DNA of 64,000 bases from an uncultured Chloroflexia bacterium (GTDB lineage: Bacteria > Chloroflexota > Limnocylindria > QHBO01). The notes below the pieces were generated by a model that saw nothing but the letters and a program-made list of their open reading frames with translations, had not been told where the DNA came from and searched no databases. The stretch covers positions 393,619 to 457,618 of the forward strand of contig CAVYRE010000006.1 in NCBI GenBank assembly GCA_963770875.1, given 5' to 3'. Numbering within the stretch: position 1 is the first letter of the stretch; every line of letters starts with the position of its first letter. Shown here piece after piece: positions 41,249 through 51,285 of this stretch. The position numbers were made by a program, and so were the translations under genes.

Positions 41249-42202
41249 GTGCCGAGCCGACACTTGCGCGCGCGTTCATGGCGATCCAGCTCCTTGGTTG
41301 CCACGACAATCCTGGTCGCGGTGCTCGCTGCGTGCGAGGCCGCCCACAGCTACCCGAGCGCTCCCGCAGGTGTCACCACCACATCGGGCCAGCAACTGGA
41401 CCGCCAGCGCCAGGAGGCACGCGATGACCTGACGCGCTGGGCCGATGCGGTCGCCGCCGCCGGCGGGCAGCAGCGATTCGTGCTCGTCGGCGAAGCGACC
41501 AGCCAGGTCGGCGATTGGGAAGAGCCGATCGGGAACAACAACAAGATTGCGCTCATGGCCGGCAAGGTCGAGGACGGCGTCGGACTCTCCGACGACGCGC
41601 CCGCCGCTGCCGAAGTGCGTTGGCAGGACGGCACGGTCCAGACCCTGCCGACCATCTCGGCCGCACAGGCGCTGAAGGACCTGCAGGCCGCTGGAGTTCA
41701 ACCGTGCCCGGACTGCGACGCGTTGCAGGTCACGGATGCGACCCTGACGACGACCCGAATCCAGACCAGCCGCGGCCTCGCGACCGTCCCAGCCTGGGAG
41801 TTCAGCCTGCGGGGAACCGCCGTTCGGGTGACGCGCGTCGCCATTGCCGCTGGCGCGAGCGTCACCGTGTCACCGCCGGCGTGGGATCCGAACGATCCGC
41901 CCGTGGGGCTGTCGATCGACTCCGCATCCGGGACGGTGGGTGGGAGGCGGCTGATCGTCTCCTTCCTCGGCTCGCGGTACCCGGGCTCGGAACCGTGCGG
42001 CGCCGACTACACCGCCGAAGTGGTCGAGTCCCAGACGGCAGTGGTCGTCATCGTCATCGAGCACCGCAACGCCGCTCCGGCAACCTGCCTTCTGGTTGGG
42101 GCAGGCCGCACCGCAACCGTCCAGCTCGCCGCACCGCTCGGAGATCGCGCCGTGCTCGAGGTGAGGAACGGCCTCCCCGTCCCCGTCACGCTGGCCCGAT
42201 GA
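41249..42202 (+). CDS. Putative lipoprotein (hypothetical).
   Basis: GTG 8 nt after GAGGAGG; signal plus lipobox 'LVATTILVAVLAAC'. Confidence 0.6.
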   Translation: MPSRHLRARSWRSSSLVATTILVAVLAACEAAHSYPSAPAGVTTTSGQQLDRQRQEARDDLTRWADAVAAAGGQQRFVLVGEATSQVGDWEEPIGNNNKIALMAGKVEDGVGLSDDAPAAAEVRWQDGTVQTLPTISAAQALKDLQAAGVQPCPDCDALQVTDATLTTTRIQTSRGLATVPAWEFSLRGTAVRVTRVAIAAGASVTVSPPAWDPNDPPVGLSIDSASGTVGGRRLIVSFLGSRYPGSEPCGADYTAEVVESQTAVVVIVIEHRNAAPATCLLVGAGRTATVQLAAPLGDRAVLEVRNGLPVPVTLAR

Positions 42203-42216
42203 CTGGCTGACAGGCC

Positions 42217-42660
42217 ATGTACATCTCGCCGTCGTGGGCCATCGCGTTGGCGGTCGCGGGTGCCATGGGCATCGTGGTAGCACTTGCGATCGCTTCGAAC
42301 CGGGGCCTCATCTCGGCCCCCGAGCGCCCGCTCGTACACGTCGCTCACCTGCTGGGCGGCGCCTTGGCCGGGTTCCTAGCTCTCGCCTTCTTCCCAGTCT
42401 TGCCACTTCTCGCGGCGGTGGTCGGCATGCTTGCGATTCAGGCGGCGCGGACGGGGCGCATCGCCGACATCGGGCTGCTGCTCTCAGGGATCGGAGCCAC
42501 CTGGACGCTGTTAACCGGCCTCGCGATCCTCAACGACCTGAGTGACCCCGCGGTCATCTACCCGGAAGGCCACCCCTGGTTCGCGGTCAGCATTGGCGTG
42601 CTGGTGGCTGGCCTCGCGGTCCTCGTGGCGGCGGTCGCCAGACCGCGGCAGGCAAGGTGA
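42217..42660 (+). CDS. Hypothetical integral membrane protein (4 TM).
   Basis: 147 aa, uniformly hydrophobic. Confidence 0.55.
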   Translation: MYISPSWAIALAVAGAMGIVVALAIASNRGLISAPERPLVHVAHLLGGALAGFLALAFFPVLPLLAAVVGMLAIQAARTGRIADIGLLLSGIGATWTLLTGLAILNDLSDPAVIYPEGHPWFAVSIGVLVAGLAVLVAAVARPRQAR

Positions 42661-42691
42661 TGCGGCCTTCCTGGTGACAACCGGTGGGCAA

Positions 42692-43468
42692 TCACTGGAA
42701 GGGTGATAGCGGTCGGACAGGCGGGTAGCGGTACCCATCGAGAAGCGTGCGGTTGCCGAGTGGCCGCGGCAGGGTGACGATGGCAGGCGTGCCGCGCCCC
42801 AGCGGGCAGGTCTGGATGCCTTCGAGCGGACGGACCCCGATGGTGATGGTGACGGCATCTGCGCTGTATTCGACGACGGGTGCCGACATGCGCCCAGTGG
42901 TGGGGCTGGCGCCAGAGCAGGCGAGCTCCCAGACGAGCACGTGCAGCTCCGTTGTCGATGGATCGGGGACGGGATAGGCCGGATCGACGGCCCATTGCGC
43001 CGGACCGAACTCGGGGGTGAGCTGCACGTTCAGGTTGCAGCCGCCCATGCCGGCCGGCTTCCAGCCGGCGCCATCGGCTTCGACGAGCGCGTACCACCAC
43101 TCGGGTTCCGAACCGCCGTGTGCCACGAACAGCGCCCCGCTGTCATCCTGCTCGGCCATGAGCCAGGTCAGGCTGCCAACCTGATCCGCGGGAAAACCGA
43201 AGAGCTTGATCGCTGCCCGCAGCGCGTCAGCCAGCGGGCCGGATGCCTGCTCGGCGCCGGTCGGCGCATCCAGGGACGAGACAGGGAAGGTGTGGTCTGG
43301 AAAGCCGCAGGTCAGGCGGGCATCGGGTGCCGCATCCAAAGCCGTCGCGAGCCGCTCAGGCGCAACCGGCCAGGTTGGATAGGGAGTGCGAGTGGGCTGC
43401 GGTGTCACTGCGCAGGAGCAGGTGGCCACCACCAGCCCCACCATTGCGACCAGCTCACGCCCCCGCAT
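42692..43468 (-). CDS. Putative secreted/lipoprotein (hypothetical).
   Basis: 'MRGRELVAMVGLVVATCSCAV' signal with Cys; 258 aa. Confidence 0.55.
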   Translation of the reverse strand: MRGRELVAMVGLVVATCSCAVTPQPTRTPYPTWPVAPERLATALDAAPDARLTCGFPDHTFPVSSLDAPTGAEQASGPLADALRAAIKLFGFPADQVGSLTWLMAEQDDSGALFVAHGGSEPEWWYALVEADGAGWKPAGMGGCNLNVQLTPEFGPAQWAVDPAYPVPDPSTTELHVLVWELACSGASPTTGRMSAPVVEYSADAVTITIGVRPLEGIQTCPLGRGTPAIVTLPRPLGNRTLLDGYRYPPVRPLSPFQ

Positions 43469-43518
43469 GTCGGCAATCTACGCGATCGCTGGGACAACCA
43501 CTAGCGTCGAGTTGGCGC

Positions 43519-43975
43519 CTAGAGTTCCCCCGACTCCATCATCCGCTTCAGGTTGACGAGGCCCTGATCCCAGCTCTTGCCGTACCAGCGGATGAACATG
43601 CCGCCGATCAGCTTCACGGCACCGGTCATGAAGAAGTCGATCTGCGAGTCCACGCGCGTCCCGCCCTCTACGGCCTCGAAGGTGAGCATCGCCTCGAACG
43701 GGGCGTTCTTCGAGGTCCCCTTCAGCCCAGCCCGATGGGGCGGCTCGTAGACCGTGGTCACGGCGTCGTTCTCGGTGGTCATCAGGCCCATCTTCACGCG
43801 GGCTCGACGCGTCGACCCCACGCCGTGCGGCGCTGGCGACGTCCACCACTCCTTCACGTTGCCGGGAAACCACTTCTCGGTGTTCTCGACGTTGGTCAGG
43901 GCGGCAAAGACGTCCTCGAATCGGCCGATTGATGACGATCGAGCTGTGAACTCCCGGGGCCGTCGAGTCAGCCAT
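43519..43975 (-). CDS. SRPBCC (START/Bet v1-like, polyketide-cyclase fold) family protein, with an apparent frameshift near nt 43955 in a CCCC run.
   Basis: 'MADSTA' (ORF 43478..43975) joins 'REFTARSSSIGRFEDVFAALTNVENTEKWFPG...EPPHR' (ORF 43519..44100) if one C is removed. Confidence 0.6.
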
Positions 43976-44837
43976 CGGCGCCGATGGTAACCGGGGCCCC
44001 CACGCGAGGCGGTCCGGCCTCGATCCGGCGGCGCATCACCTCGACCTCCCAATTCGACCAGTCCGATTCGATCCACCACGTGGCGCCGGCATCGGCCCAC
44101 CGCTTCACCTCGGCCGCCGCGGCCACGGCGTCATCGGCCGAGGTCGTGCCCTCCATGATGATGTCGAAGCCCTCCAGGCTGCGTCTCGCCCCGATCCAGT
44201 CGCGCATCCCTGCGAGCTGCTCCGGTTCCTGCGGCCGCGCCAGGCCCTCGGCCCCACGCTGCGGCAGCCAGTACGGCAGGAGGCCGTCGTAGCGCAGGAC
44301 GCGGCTCATCGACCTCTCGCTCGGCCACGCCCCGACCACCCAGATGGGAATCCGTGGTCGCTGGACCGGAGTTGGACGAAACGCCATCGGCTCGAACTGG
44401 TAATGCTTGCCCTGGTACCCGAACGGCTGGCCGCTCCACAGCCCGATCAGGATCTCCAGCGCCTCGTCCATCCGCTCGGCCCGTGTCTTGCGGTCAGCCT
44501 CCTCGCCGAGTCCCACGACCCCGCGATCGTCCGCCGCGCCCAGGCCGACCGGCAGGATCAGCCGCCCACCCGACAGCCGATCGACGGTCGTCGTTTGCCG
44601 CGCCAGGTTCCAGGGCCGTCGCCGCGACGGCGGGGTGAGCATCGCGCCAAGGCGAACGCGTTCCGTGGCCATGGCCATGGCGCCCATCAGCGCCCACGGA
44701 TCGTAGGTCTCGATGTCGTCCGACACGTGGACGCCGTCCCACGTGAAGACCCCGTCCCAGCCGGCCGCCTCCGCCGCGCGGGCCAGCTCGACCTGCTCCC
44801 GCGCTTCTCCACCTGTGACGATGAACCCGTACTTCAC
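43968..44837 (-). CDS. LLM-class (luciferase-like) F420-dependent oxidoreductase.
   Basis: 289 aa from a GTG that overlaps the upstream stop (GTGA). 'KYGFIVTGGEAREQVELARAAEAAGWDGVF', 'LSGGRLILPVGLG'. Confidence 0.8.
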   Translation of the reverse strand: MKYGFIVTGGEAREQVELARAAEAAGWDGVFTWDGVHVSDDIETYDPWALMGAMAMATERVRLGAMLTPPSRRRPWNLARQTTTVDRLSGGRLILPVGLGAADDRGVVGLGEEADRKTRAERMDEALEILIGLWSGQPFGYQGKHYQFEPMAFRPTPVQRPRIPIWVVGAWPSERSMSRVLRYDGLLPYWLPQRGAEGLARPQEPEQLAGMRDWIGARRSLEGFDIIMEGTTSADDAVAAAAEVKRWADAGATWWIESDWSNWEVEVMRRRIEAGPPRVGAPVTIGADG

Positions 44838-46202
44838 GCCCCGATGCGGATCATCTTCTTGTTCACGAACTCGTCGGCGCCGAAGCGGCCGAGCTCGCGG
44901 CCCGAGCCCGAGCGCTTGATGCCGCCGAACGGCAGCTCGGCGCCATCGGCGAGCACGACGTTCACGAACACCATGCCGGCCTCGATGCCGTCGGCGACGC
45001 GGAGCGCCTGCTCCTGGTCGGTGGTGTAGACGTACGAGCCCAGGCCGAACGGGGTGTCGTTCGCGATGCGCACGGCATCGGCCTCGTCCTTCGCGCGGTA
45101 CACCTGCGCGACCGGGCCGAAGAACTCCTCCTTGGAGGCGGGGTTCTCGGGAGTGACATCCGTCAGCACGGTCGTCTGGAAGAACGCGCCGTCGCGGGTG
45201 CCGCCGTGCACGAGCGTCGCGCCGTGCTCGATCGCGCGCTTGACCTGCTCGTCGACGCCTTCGGCGGCCTTCAGCGAGGAGAGCGGGCCGAGCGCCGAGT
45301 CGGCCGACATCGGGTCGGTCGCCTCGATCTCGGCGATCTTCGCGGTGAACTTCTCGAGGAAGGGCTCGTACAGCTCGTCGGCGACGATGAAGCGCTTGGC
45401 CGCGTTGCACGACTGGCCGCTGTTGTCGAGGCGGGCGTCGACCGCGTTCTGCACGGTGGCGTCGAGGTCGTCGGTCGAGAGCAGGATGAAGGGGTCCGAG
45501 CCGCCGAGCTCGAGCACGACCTTCTTCAGGTGGCGGCCGGCGATCTCGGCGACCGCGGCGCCGGCGCGCTCGGAGCCGGTGAGCGAGACGCCCTGCACGC
45601 GCGGGTCCGCGATGACCTGCTCGATCTGGTCGTGCGAGGCGTAGATGTTCACGTAGGCGCCGGCCGGGAAGCCCGCGTCGAGGAAGATCTGCTGCATCGC
45701 GGCGGCGGACTCGGGGCACTGCTCGGCGTGCTTGAGCAGGATCGTGTTGCCGATGATGAGGTTCGGGCCGGCGAAGCGGGCGACCTGGTAGTACGGGAAG
45801 TTCCACGGCATGACGCCGAGCAGCACCCCGAGCGACGAGCGGCGGATGACCGCCGAGCCGTCGCCCGCGAGGAGCTGGATCGGCTCGTCCTTCAGGAAGT
45901 CCGGCGAGTGGTCGGCGTAGTACTCGTAGATCGCCGCGGCGAAGTCGACCTCGCCGAGCGCCTGCGCGATCGGCTTGCCCATCTCGCGCACGATGAGCTG
46001 CGCCAGCTCCTGGCGGCGCTCGGTGTGCAGCTCGGCCGACGCGGCGGATGAGGGCCGCGCGCTGCTCGACCGTGGTCGACTTCGACCAGGTGCGGTGCGC
46101 CTCGTCGGCTGCGGCGATCGCGGCCTCGAGCTCGGCGTCGGTGATGGTGTCGTAGGTCTTGACCGTCTCGCCGGTGGCGGGGTTGGTCACGGCGTAGGCC
46201 AT
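44834..46202 (-). CDS. gabD: NAD(P)-dependent succinate-semialdehyde dehydrogenase (GabD-like ALDH), with an apparent +1 frameshift near nt 46045.
   Basis: N-terminus 'MAYAVTNPATGETVKTYDTITDAELEAAIAAADEAHRTW' (frame of ORF 43968..46202) continues as 'AELHTERRQELAQLIVREMGKPIAQALGEV...' (ORF 44834..45991) after removing one G. 'LELGGSDPFIL', catalytic Cys 'GQSCNAAKR'. Confidence 0.85.
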
Positions 46203-46292
46203 CGTGTGGGTCTCCTTGTCAGTGCGCCACGCGAGAGCCGGTCTGCCGCGGTGCAGCCCGCCGGGAGGCGGGTGGTGGGCTGGAGGCCGATT

Positions 46293-46857
46293 CTACTCGC
46301 GGGTTCGCACGGGGCGGAAGCCCCCATCGGCCGCGCGGGCGGCGACGAAGAGGAGGTCGGCCAGCCGATTCAGATAGGGCACCACCTGCGAGTCGGGGAG
46401 ACCACCTTGCGCTGCCAGCGCCACGGCACGCCGCTCGGCTCGCCGCACCGTCGTTCGCGCCAGGTCGATCGCGGCGCCGGCGAGGCTTTCGCCGGGGATC
46501 ACGAACTCCTTGGGCATCGGGTGCCCGGCCTCGATCGCGTCGATCTCGCCCTCCAGCCAGGTCACCATCTCGGCGGTGACGCGACTCGTGCCGTCGGTCA
46601 GCTTGGAACGCTTCTCGACGTGCGTCGCCAGCTCCGCCCCGACCACGAAGAGCTCGCGCTGGAGGCGCAGGATCAGGCCCGCCAGCTCCGCTGCCGGCCG
46701 GCACGCCGGCCAGGGCCGCGCGGGCCAGGCCCAGGGCGGAGACGGCCTCATCGGTCGTGCCGTAGGCGTCCGTGCGCAGGTCCGCCTTGCTCACCCGGGC
46801 GCCACCGAAGAGGAGGCCGGTGCTGCCGTCGTCGCCCTTCTTGGTGTAGATCCGCAT
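46293..46857 (-). CDS. PduO-type ATP:cob(I)alamin adenosyltransferase (MMAB family), with an apparent frameshift near nt 46700.
   Basis: N-terminus '[37 protein letters not shown]' (ORF 46219..46857) plus C-terminus '[17 protein letters not shown]...FVIPGES' (ORF 46293..46751). Confidence 0.8.
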
Positions 46858-46925
46858 GCTCAGCGGATCCTACCGCGGTGCCGGCCCGGCATACTGGACG
46901 GACAGCCCGCAGGAGGAAGGGGCCG

Positions 46926-47309
46926 ATGCCGCGAGATCCGAACATTCCGGATGCGTTCGATGTGTACACCCTCGTCCTCCTGCGCCGGCCGATTGACGCG
47001 CCGGAGATGCCGGACGAGGAGCTCGACGCCCTCCAGGCGCGCCACCTCGCCTACCGTGCCGAGCTGCACCGGCAGGGCGTCCTGGTCGCCAACGGGCCGC
47101 TCGGGGAGCAATCCGACGTCTCGCTCCGCGGCCTCTCCATCTTCGCGTGCGATCCGGCTGAGGCGAGACGCCTGTCCGATGGAGACCCATCGGTGCAGGC
47201 GGGGCGACTCGCCTACGACGTGATGGAGTGGTGGGTGGCCGCCGGCACGCTCGCCTTCCCCGAGGCGGGACAGCCGGTCGGCTCGCGACGGTCGATGCCG
47301 GACGACTGA
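46926..47309 (+). CDS. YciI-like domain protein.
   Basis: 127 aa, 'FDVYTLVLLRRP...LAYRAELHRQGVLVANGPL...LSIFACD' matches YciI/DGPF-type small proteins. Confidence 0.65.
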   Translation: MPRDPNIPDAFDVYTLVLLRRPIDAPEMPDEELDALQARHLAYRAELHRQGVLVANGPLGEQSDVSLRGLSIFACDPAEARRLSDGDPSVQAGRLAYDVMEWWVAAGTLAFPEAGQPVGSRRSMPDD

Positions 47310-47313
47310 TGCG

Positions 47314-47604
47314 CTAGAAGAGGCCGGGCGGGGGCTCCCAGCGATCGGCCAGGAGCGTGACCTTGACCGGCGGCCCGACGACCTCCTCGGTCTTCTGCTT
47401 GACGGTCTGGATCAGCTCGCCGGCCCACGGGCAGAACGGCGTGGTGAGCACCATCTTGATCTCGGTCGGCTCGCCGTTGGCCCCGATCTCGATGTGCTTG
47501 ATCAGGTCGAGGTCGACGATGCTCATCCCGATCTCCGGGTCGTGGATGTCGTAGAGCGCGGTCATCACCTCGTCGACCTTGGCGAGGTTCGAGTCAATCG
47601 TCAT
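47314..47604 (-). CDS. Metal-sulfur cluster assembly factor (DUF59 / SufT / MIP18 family).
   Basis: 'VMTALYDIHDPEIGMSIVDLDLI...VLTTPFCPWAGEL' is the hallmark DUF59 motif with conserved Cys. Confidence 0.8.
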   Translation of the reverse strand: MTIDSNLAKVDEVMTALYDIHDPEIGMSIVDLDLIKHIEIGANGEPTEIKMVLTTPFCPWAGELIQTVKQKTEEVVGPPVKVTLLADRWEPPPGLF

Positions 47605-47649
47605 TGCCGACCAGTCTAGCAAGAATTGGGCGGAGGTCCCAGCGGCGAG

Positions 47650-48375
47650 CTAGAGGCGCGAGAAGAAGGTCGGGCGGGCGGCGGGCACGGTGGGGCGGAC
47701 GCGGGTGTAGCCCTCGTACACGATTCCCTCGCGGTCGAGCGCGGCGCGCAGCTCGGCGATCTCCTCGGCGGTGTCTCCCTGCGACGAGTGGCAGGCCAGC
47801 GCGGCGAGCTTGCGGCCGGCGACCTCGGTGATGTCGATCCGATGGCTGGCGGCGCCCTCCTCCGGGGAGAGGTCGTATCGGCGCTGGCCGGGGCCGAAGA
47901 CGGGCGCCACCACGTAGACGGCGTGCGGCGCGATCCCCGACTCGGCCAGCCGCTCGACGGCCCAGCGAGTCGCCGCGCCGACCACCACGTGGTCCGCGTC
48001 GTTCGTCACGCCATGGGCGCCGAAGGTGATCACCGCATCCGGCCGCCGGTCGGCGAGCCAGACCGCGATCTCGTCGACGAGCGTCGAGAACGGAACCTCG
48101 GACAACCGCCCATCCGGATGGTCGACGACGGTCACCTCGTCCATCCCGATCTTGGCCGCGGCGCAGCGCATCTCCTCCTCGCGGGTGTCGGCCAGGTCGA
48201 GGTCCGGCGACCGTTCGGCGTTGCCGGCCTCGCCCCGAGTGAGGAGCAGCAGGCGCACGGTTCGCCCCGCGTCGTGGGCCAGGGCGAGGGCGCCGGCGGC
48301 GGTGAAGCTCTCGTCGTCGGGGTGCGCGAAGACGGCGGCCAGGCCGCCGATCGGCTCACGCGGGCGATCGCTCAC
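47650..48375 (-). CDS. PIG-L/LmbE-family N-acetylglucosaminyl deacetylase (MshB/Mca/BshB-like).
   Basis: 'LAAVFAHPDDESFTAAGAL' (AHPDDE motif), 'VITFGAHGVTNDADH'. Confidence 0.85.
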   Translation of the reverse strand: MSDRPREPIGGLAAVFAHPDDESFTAAGALALAHDAGRTVRLLLLTRGEAGNAERSPDLDLADTREEEMRCAAAKIGMDEVTVVDHPDGRLSEVPFSTLVDEIAVWLADRRPDAVITFGAHGVTNDADHVVVGAATRWAVERLAESGIAPHAVYVVAPVFGPGQRRYDLSPEEGAASHRIDITEVAGRKLAALACHSSQGDTAEEIAELRAALDREGIVYEGYTRVRPTVPAARPTFFSRL

Positions 48376-48704
48376 TCGTGCTCGTCCTCTTCGCTCAGTC
48401 TCCGCCAGCCGCGCTGCGCGACGGCGGATCGCATGGTACGCAGGACCGCCAGCTTGGCGCTGGCCAGCTCCGCGATGAATCGGGCGGTCCCTGCTTCGTC
48501 CAGGTCCGATCCGGACGGCGCCGAGTCTCGGCCCACGTTCAGCCAGGCGAGGTGGTATCGGTCCATCCGGCCCCAGACGCGTTCGAGCAGCTCGTCGGAG
48601 TTGAGCAGCCAGGCGCGGAAGAGGTCCCAGTGCGGGGTGGCAACGAGCGCTTCGCCGTCGGCGATGAGGCGATCGGTCTGCTCCAGGAAGGCGCGGCGCG
48701 TCAT
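48372..48704 (-). CDS. Hypothetical protein (110 aa).
   Basis: Internal ATG of ORF 48372..48941 overlapping the PIG-L start; coherent sequence, no family recognised. Confidence 0.4.
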   Translation of the reverse strand: MTRRAFLEQTDRLIADGEALVATPHWDLFRAWLLNSDELLERVWGRMDRYHLAWLNVGRDSAPSGSDLDEAGTARFIAELASAKLAVLRTMRSAVAQRGWRRLSEEDEHE

Positions 48705-48820
48705 GACGGCGCGACTCGGCGAGGGGGTCGACACGGCCCGAGGATACGCGTTCGTACTATTGCCGCTGCCGCCGGCGCGACGGGACACTCGGCGGTGCAC
48801 GGCCGCACCGCGGAAAGCCC

Positions 48821-50284
48821 TTGGACCGATCCCCCGCAACGACCCTGGCACGCACCGGAGCCCGCCTTGCGGCGGCGCTCGCGCCGCTCGCTGCCTTCGC
48901 GGTCGTTCGCCTGCTGGGAGCCACCGCGACGCTGCCCGCATGGGTTGCGGCGGCGGTGGCAGGGCTTGGTGCCGCGGTTGCGGCGGTCGCCCTGCTCCTC
49001 ACCGTGGCGGCGCACCTCGAGCGGGGTCGGCTGCGCGACGTGGGCGACGCCGTGGGCCTGGGCCTGCTCGGCGCGACGCTTGCCGGCATGGCGGCCTCGG
49101 CGGTGCATCCGCTGGGCCTCGGGATGGGGCTGGCCATGGCCGCGGCGGCGCTCGGTGCCGGCTCGGCGCTGGGCGGACGCCGCCTGCAGGGCCGGCCACG
49201 GCGCTGGGCCGGCGTGGTCTTCGCCGTGGTCGTGATCGATGCGGGCGCGGCGGCCGCGCTCTTCCTCGGGACCACCGGCGATGCGGCGGCCCCGTTCGTC
49301 CTGGCCGGGGCAGCCGTCCTCGCCGCCGCTGCCGCGGCGCTGACCTGGCGCGACGGCGCGCGCGCAACGGCGATCGGCGTTTCCGCTGGGTCCTTTGCCA
49401 CCCTCGCCCTGGCCGGCAGCTCGGCGGCCGAGCGCCTCCCCGCGCTCGTTGGTGTGACGGTCGCGGCCGCGACGATGGCATGGGTCATGGTCGAGCGACG
49501 CGTGCGGCGGAGCTCAGCCGCGTCGCCGATGGACCCGTCCAACACCACCCTTCCCGAGGTCCGCAGCCGGCTCCAGCAGATCCCCGCATCGATCGAGGAG
49601 CCGGAGTACGACGAGGCCGCTCGCCTCACGCGAGAGCTGCGCGCCACGCTCGACGACCTCGTCGCGGCACGCCGCACCATCGGCCTCCAGCGAGCGGAGA
49701 TCGAGCGGGCGTCGACGGTCGACCCGCTCACCGGCCTCGCCAGCCGCGGCCCGACCCTGGACCGACTGCGGGTGGAGGCTGCCGAGGCGCGCCGATACGG
49801 GCACCCGGTCACGCTCGTGCTGATCGACATCGACGGGTTTGCGGGGATGAACCACGACCACGGCCTGACGGTCGGTGACGCGGTCCTGCGCGAGGTCGCG
49901 CTCCGCCTGCGACTGCGCATTCGGGAGGCCGATGCGCTCGGTCGCGTCGGTGGCGACTCGTTCCTGGCCATCCTTCCCCACACCGATGAGGGGGGCGCCG
50001 CGACCTTTGCCCAGGCACTCCTCGATCGGCTGGTCGAGCGCTCCTTCTCGACCGACCGCGGCGAGCTGACGGTGAGCCTGTCGATCGGGATCGCCCTGAT
50101 GCGGCCCGGAATGACGATGTCCGGCGAGGAGCTGCTCGCCGCCGCCGAGGAGGCGCTCGCATCGGCCAAGGCGGCGGGTGGCAACCGGATCGCGTTCGAT
50201 CGGCTCCACGGGCTGGCGCGCCTCGACGAGCGACGACGCGAGGTCCCCCGCGACGACGCCGCGACCGAGGCCGGATCGGGCTAG
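48821..50284 (+). CDS. Membrane-anchored GGDEF-domain protein with a degenerate active-site motif (GGDSF instead of GG[D/E]EF).
   Basis: An N-terminal ~230-aa Ala/Gly-rich multi-TM region, a coiled linker, then a GGDEF fold. 'LTGLASRGPTLDRL' (RxxD-like I-site region), 'VTLVLIDIDGFAGMN', 'RVGGDSFLAIL'. TTG start is uncertain. Confidence 0.8.
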   Translation: MDRSPATTLARTGARLAAALAPLAAFAVVRLLGATATLPAWVAAAVAGLGAAVAAVALLLTVAAHLERGRLRDVGDAVGLGLLGATLAGMAASAVHPLGLGMGLAMAAAALGAGSALGGRRLQGRPRRWAGVVFAVVVIDAGAAAALFLGTTGDAAAPFVLAGAAVLAAAAAALTWRDGARATAIGVSAGSFATLALAGSSAAERLPALVGVTVAAATMAWVMVERRVRRSSAASPMDPSNTTLPEVRSRLQQIPASIEEPEYDEAARLTRELRATLDDLVAARRTIGLQRAEIERASTVDPLTGLASRGPTLDRLRVEAAEARRYGHPVTLVLIDIDGFAGMNHDHGLTVGDAVLREVALRLRLRIREADALGRVGGDSFLAILPHTDEGGAATFAQALLDRLVERSFSTDRGELTVSLSIGIALMRPGMTMSGEELLAAAEEALASAKAAGGNRIAFDRLHGLARLDERRREVPRDDAATEAGSG

Positions 50285-50611
50285 ATGGACCCAGTGACGA
50301 AGCTGTCCGCGGTGGGGCTTCGGCCGATCTCCCGATGAGGAGCTGGATCGGCCGGGCATTGCTTGTCGCCGGTGGCGTAGCACTCGCCGCCGGCACTGCG
50401 AACGTCCTGTTGCCGAGCGCTGCGTTCCCGTCTTCGATGACGTGCGTGACCGACTGGGACATCCGTCCTGTGCAGCATCGAACCCTGGGCGGTCAGGACC
50501 ATGGGTGGCCCTGGCCGGGGCGCTTACCGTCGCCGTGGCCGTCAACCTCCTCGGGAGGCCCCGCCCGCCGAGGGCACGGGCAGGAGGACCGCACCTCCTA
50601 ACATTGGCCGC

Positions 50612-51192
50612 GTGCAGCCAGGCCTGACGCCGCGCGACCGCCGCTCGCAGATCGAGCGCGTGACGCTGCGCGAGATCCTGATGGGCGCGCAGGACAACCT
50701 CACCAACGTCCTTGCCGTCGTCCTCGGGGTGGCGATCGGGGCCGGGCGCGCCGACCTCGTCGCGCTCGCGGGCCTCGCGGCTGGGGTGGCGGAGGCGATC
50801 TCGATGGGCGGCGTCCTCTACACCTCGACGCGCGCGGACCTCGACCTGGACGCGCGCATCCGCAGCGGAGGTGGGCCGGCGGGCGGGTCCGCGCCGGTGG
50901 CATCGTGGCCGGCGGGCGGCGGCGCCTCAGTCCCTTCCAGGCCGGCGTCGTCTGCTTCGGAGCGGCGATGATCGCCGGCCTCGTGCCACTGATCCCCTTC
51001 GTCTTCCTGCCACTCACCGCAGCGGTGATCACTTGCTTCTGCATCTCGATCCTCGCCCTCTTCGGGGTGGGGAGCTGGGCCGGCGCGGTGACCGGCCGCA
51101 ACCCCTGGCGCGACGGGCTGCGCCTGGTCCTGATTGCGGGCACGGCCGCCCTCGCGGCGGCGCTGATCGGTGTGATCCTGCGGATCCACTGA
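50612..51192 (+). CDS. VIT1/CCC1-family (Fe/Mn transporter-like) membrane protein, with apparent frameshift(s) near nt 50880-50940.
   Basis: N-terminus in ORF 50501..50971 ('LREILMGAQDNLTNVLAVVLGVAIG...AGLAAGVAEAISMGGVLYTS'). C-terminus in ORF 50905..51192 ('FQAGVVCFGAAMIAGLVPLIPF...'). Confidence 0.6.
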
Positions 51193-51285
51193 GGCCACAA
51201 CATAGCGGCATCGGGTTATCCACACCCCAACCGGTGGTGGATAATCGGCTCCGGCGGCGGCCTCCGGTGGTATCGTTGCCGACCC

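Noticed and set aside
47626-49878. 750-aa forward ORF.
   Set aside because: Out-of-frame or antisense read-through across the PIG-L gene, the hypothetical gene and the GGDEF gene; extreme Arg/Gly bias.
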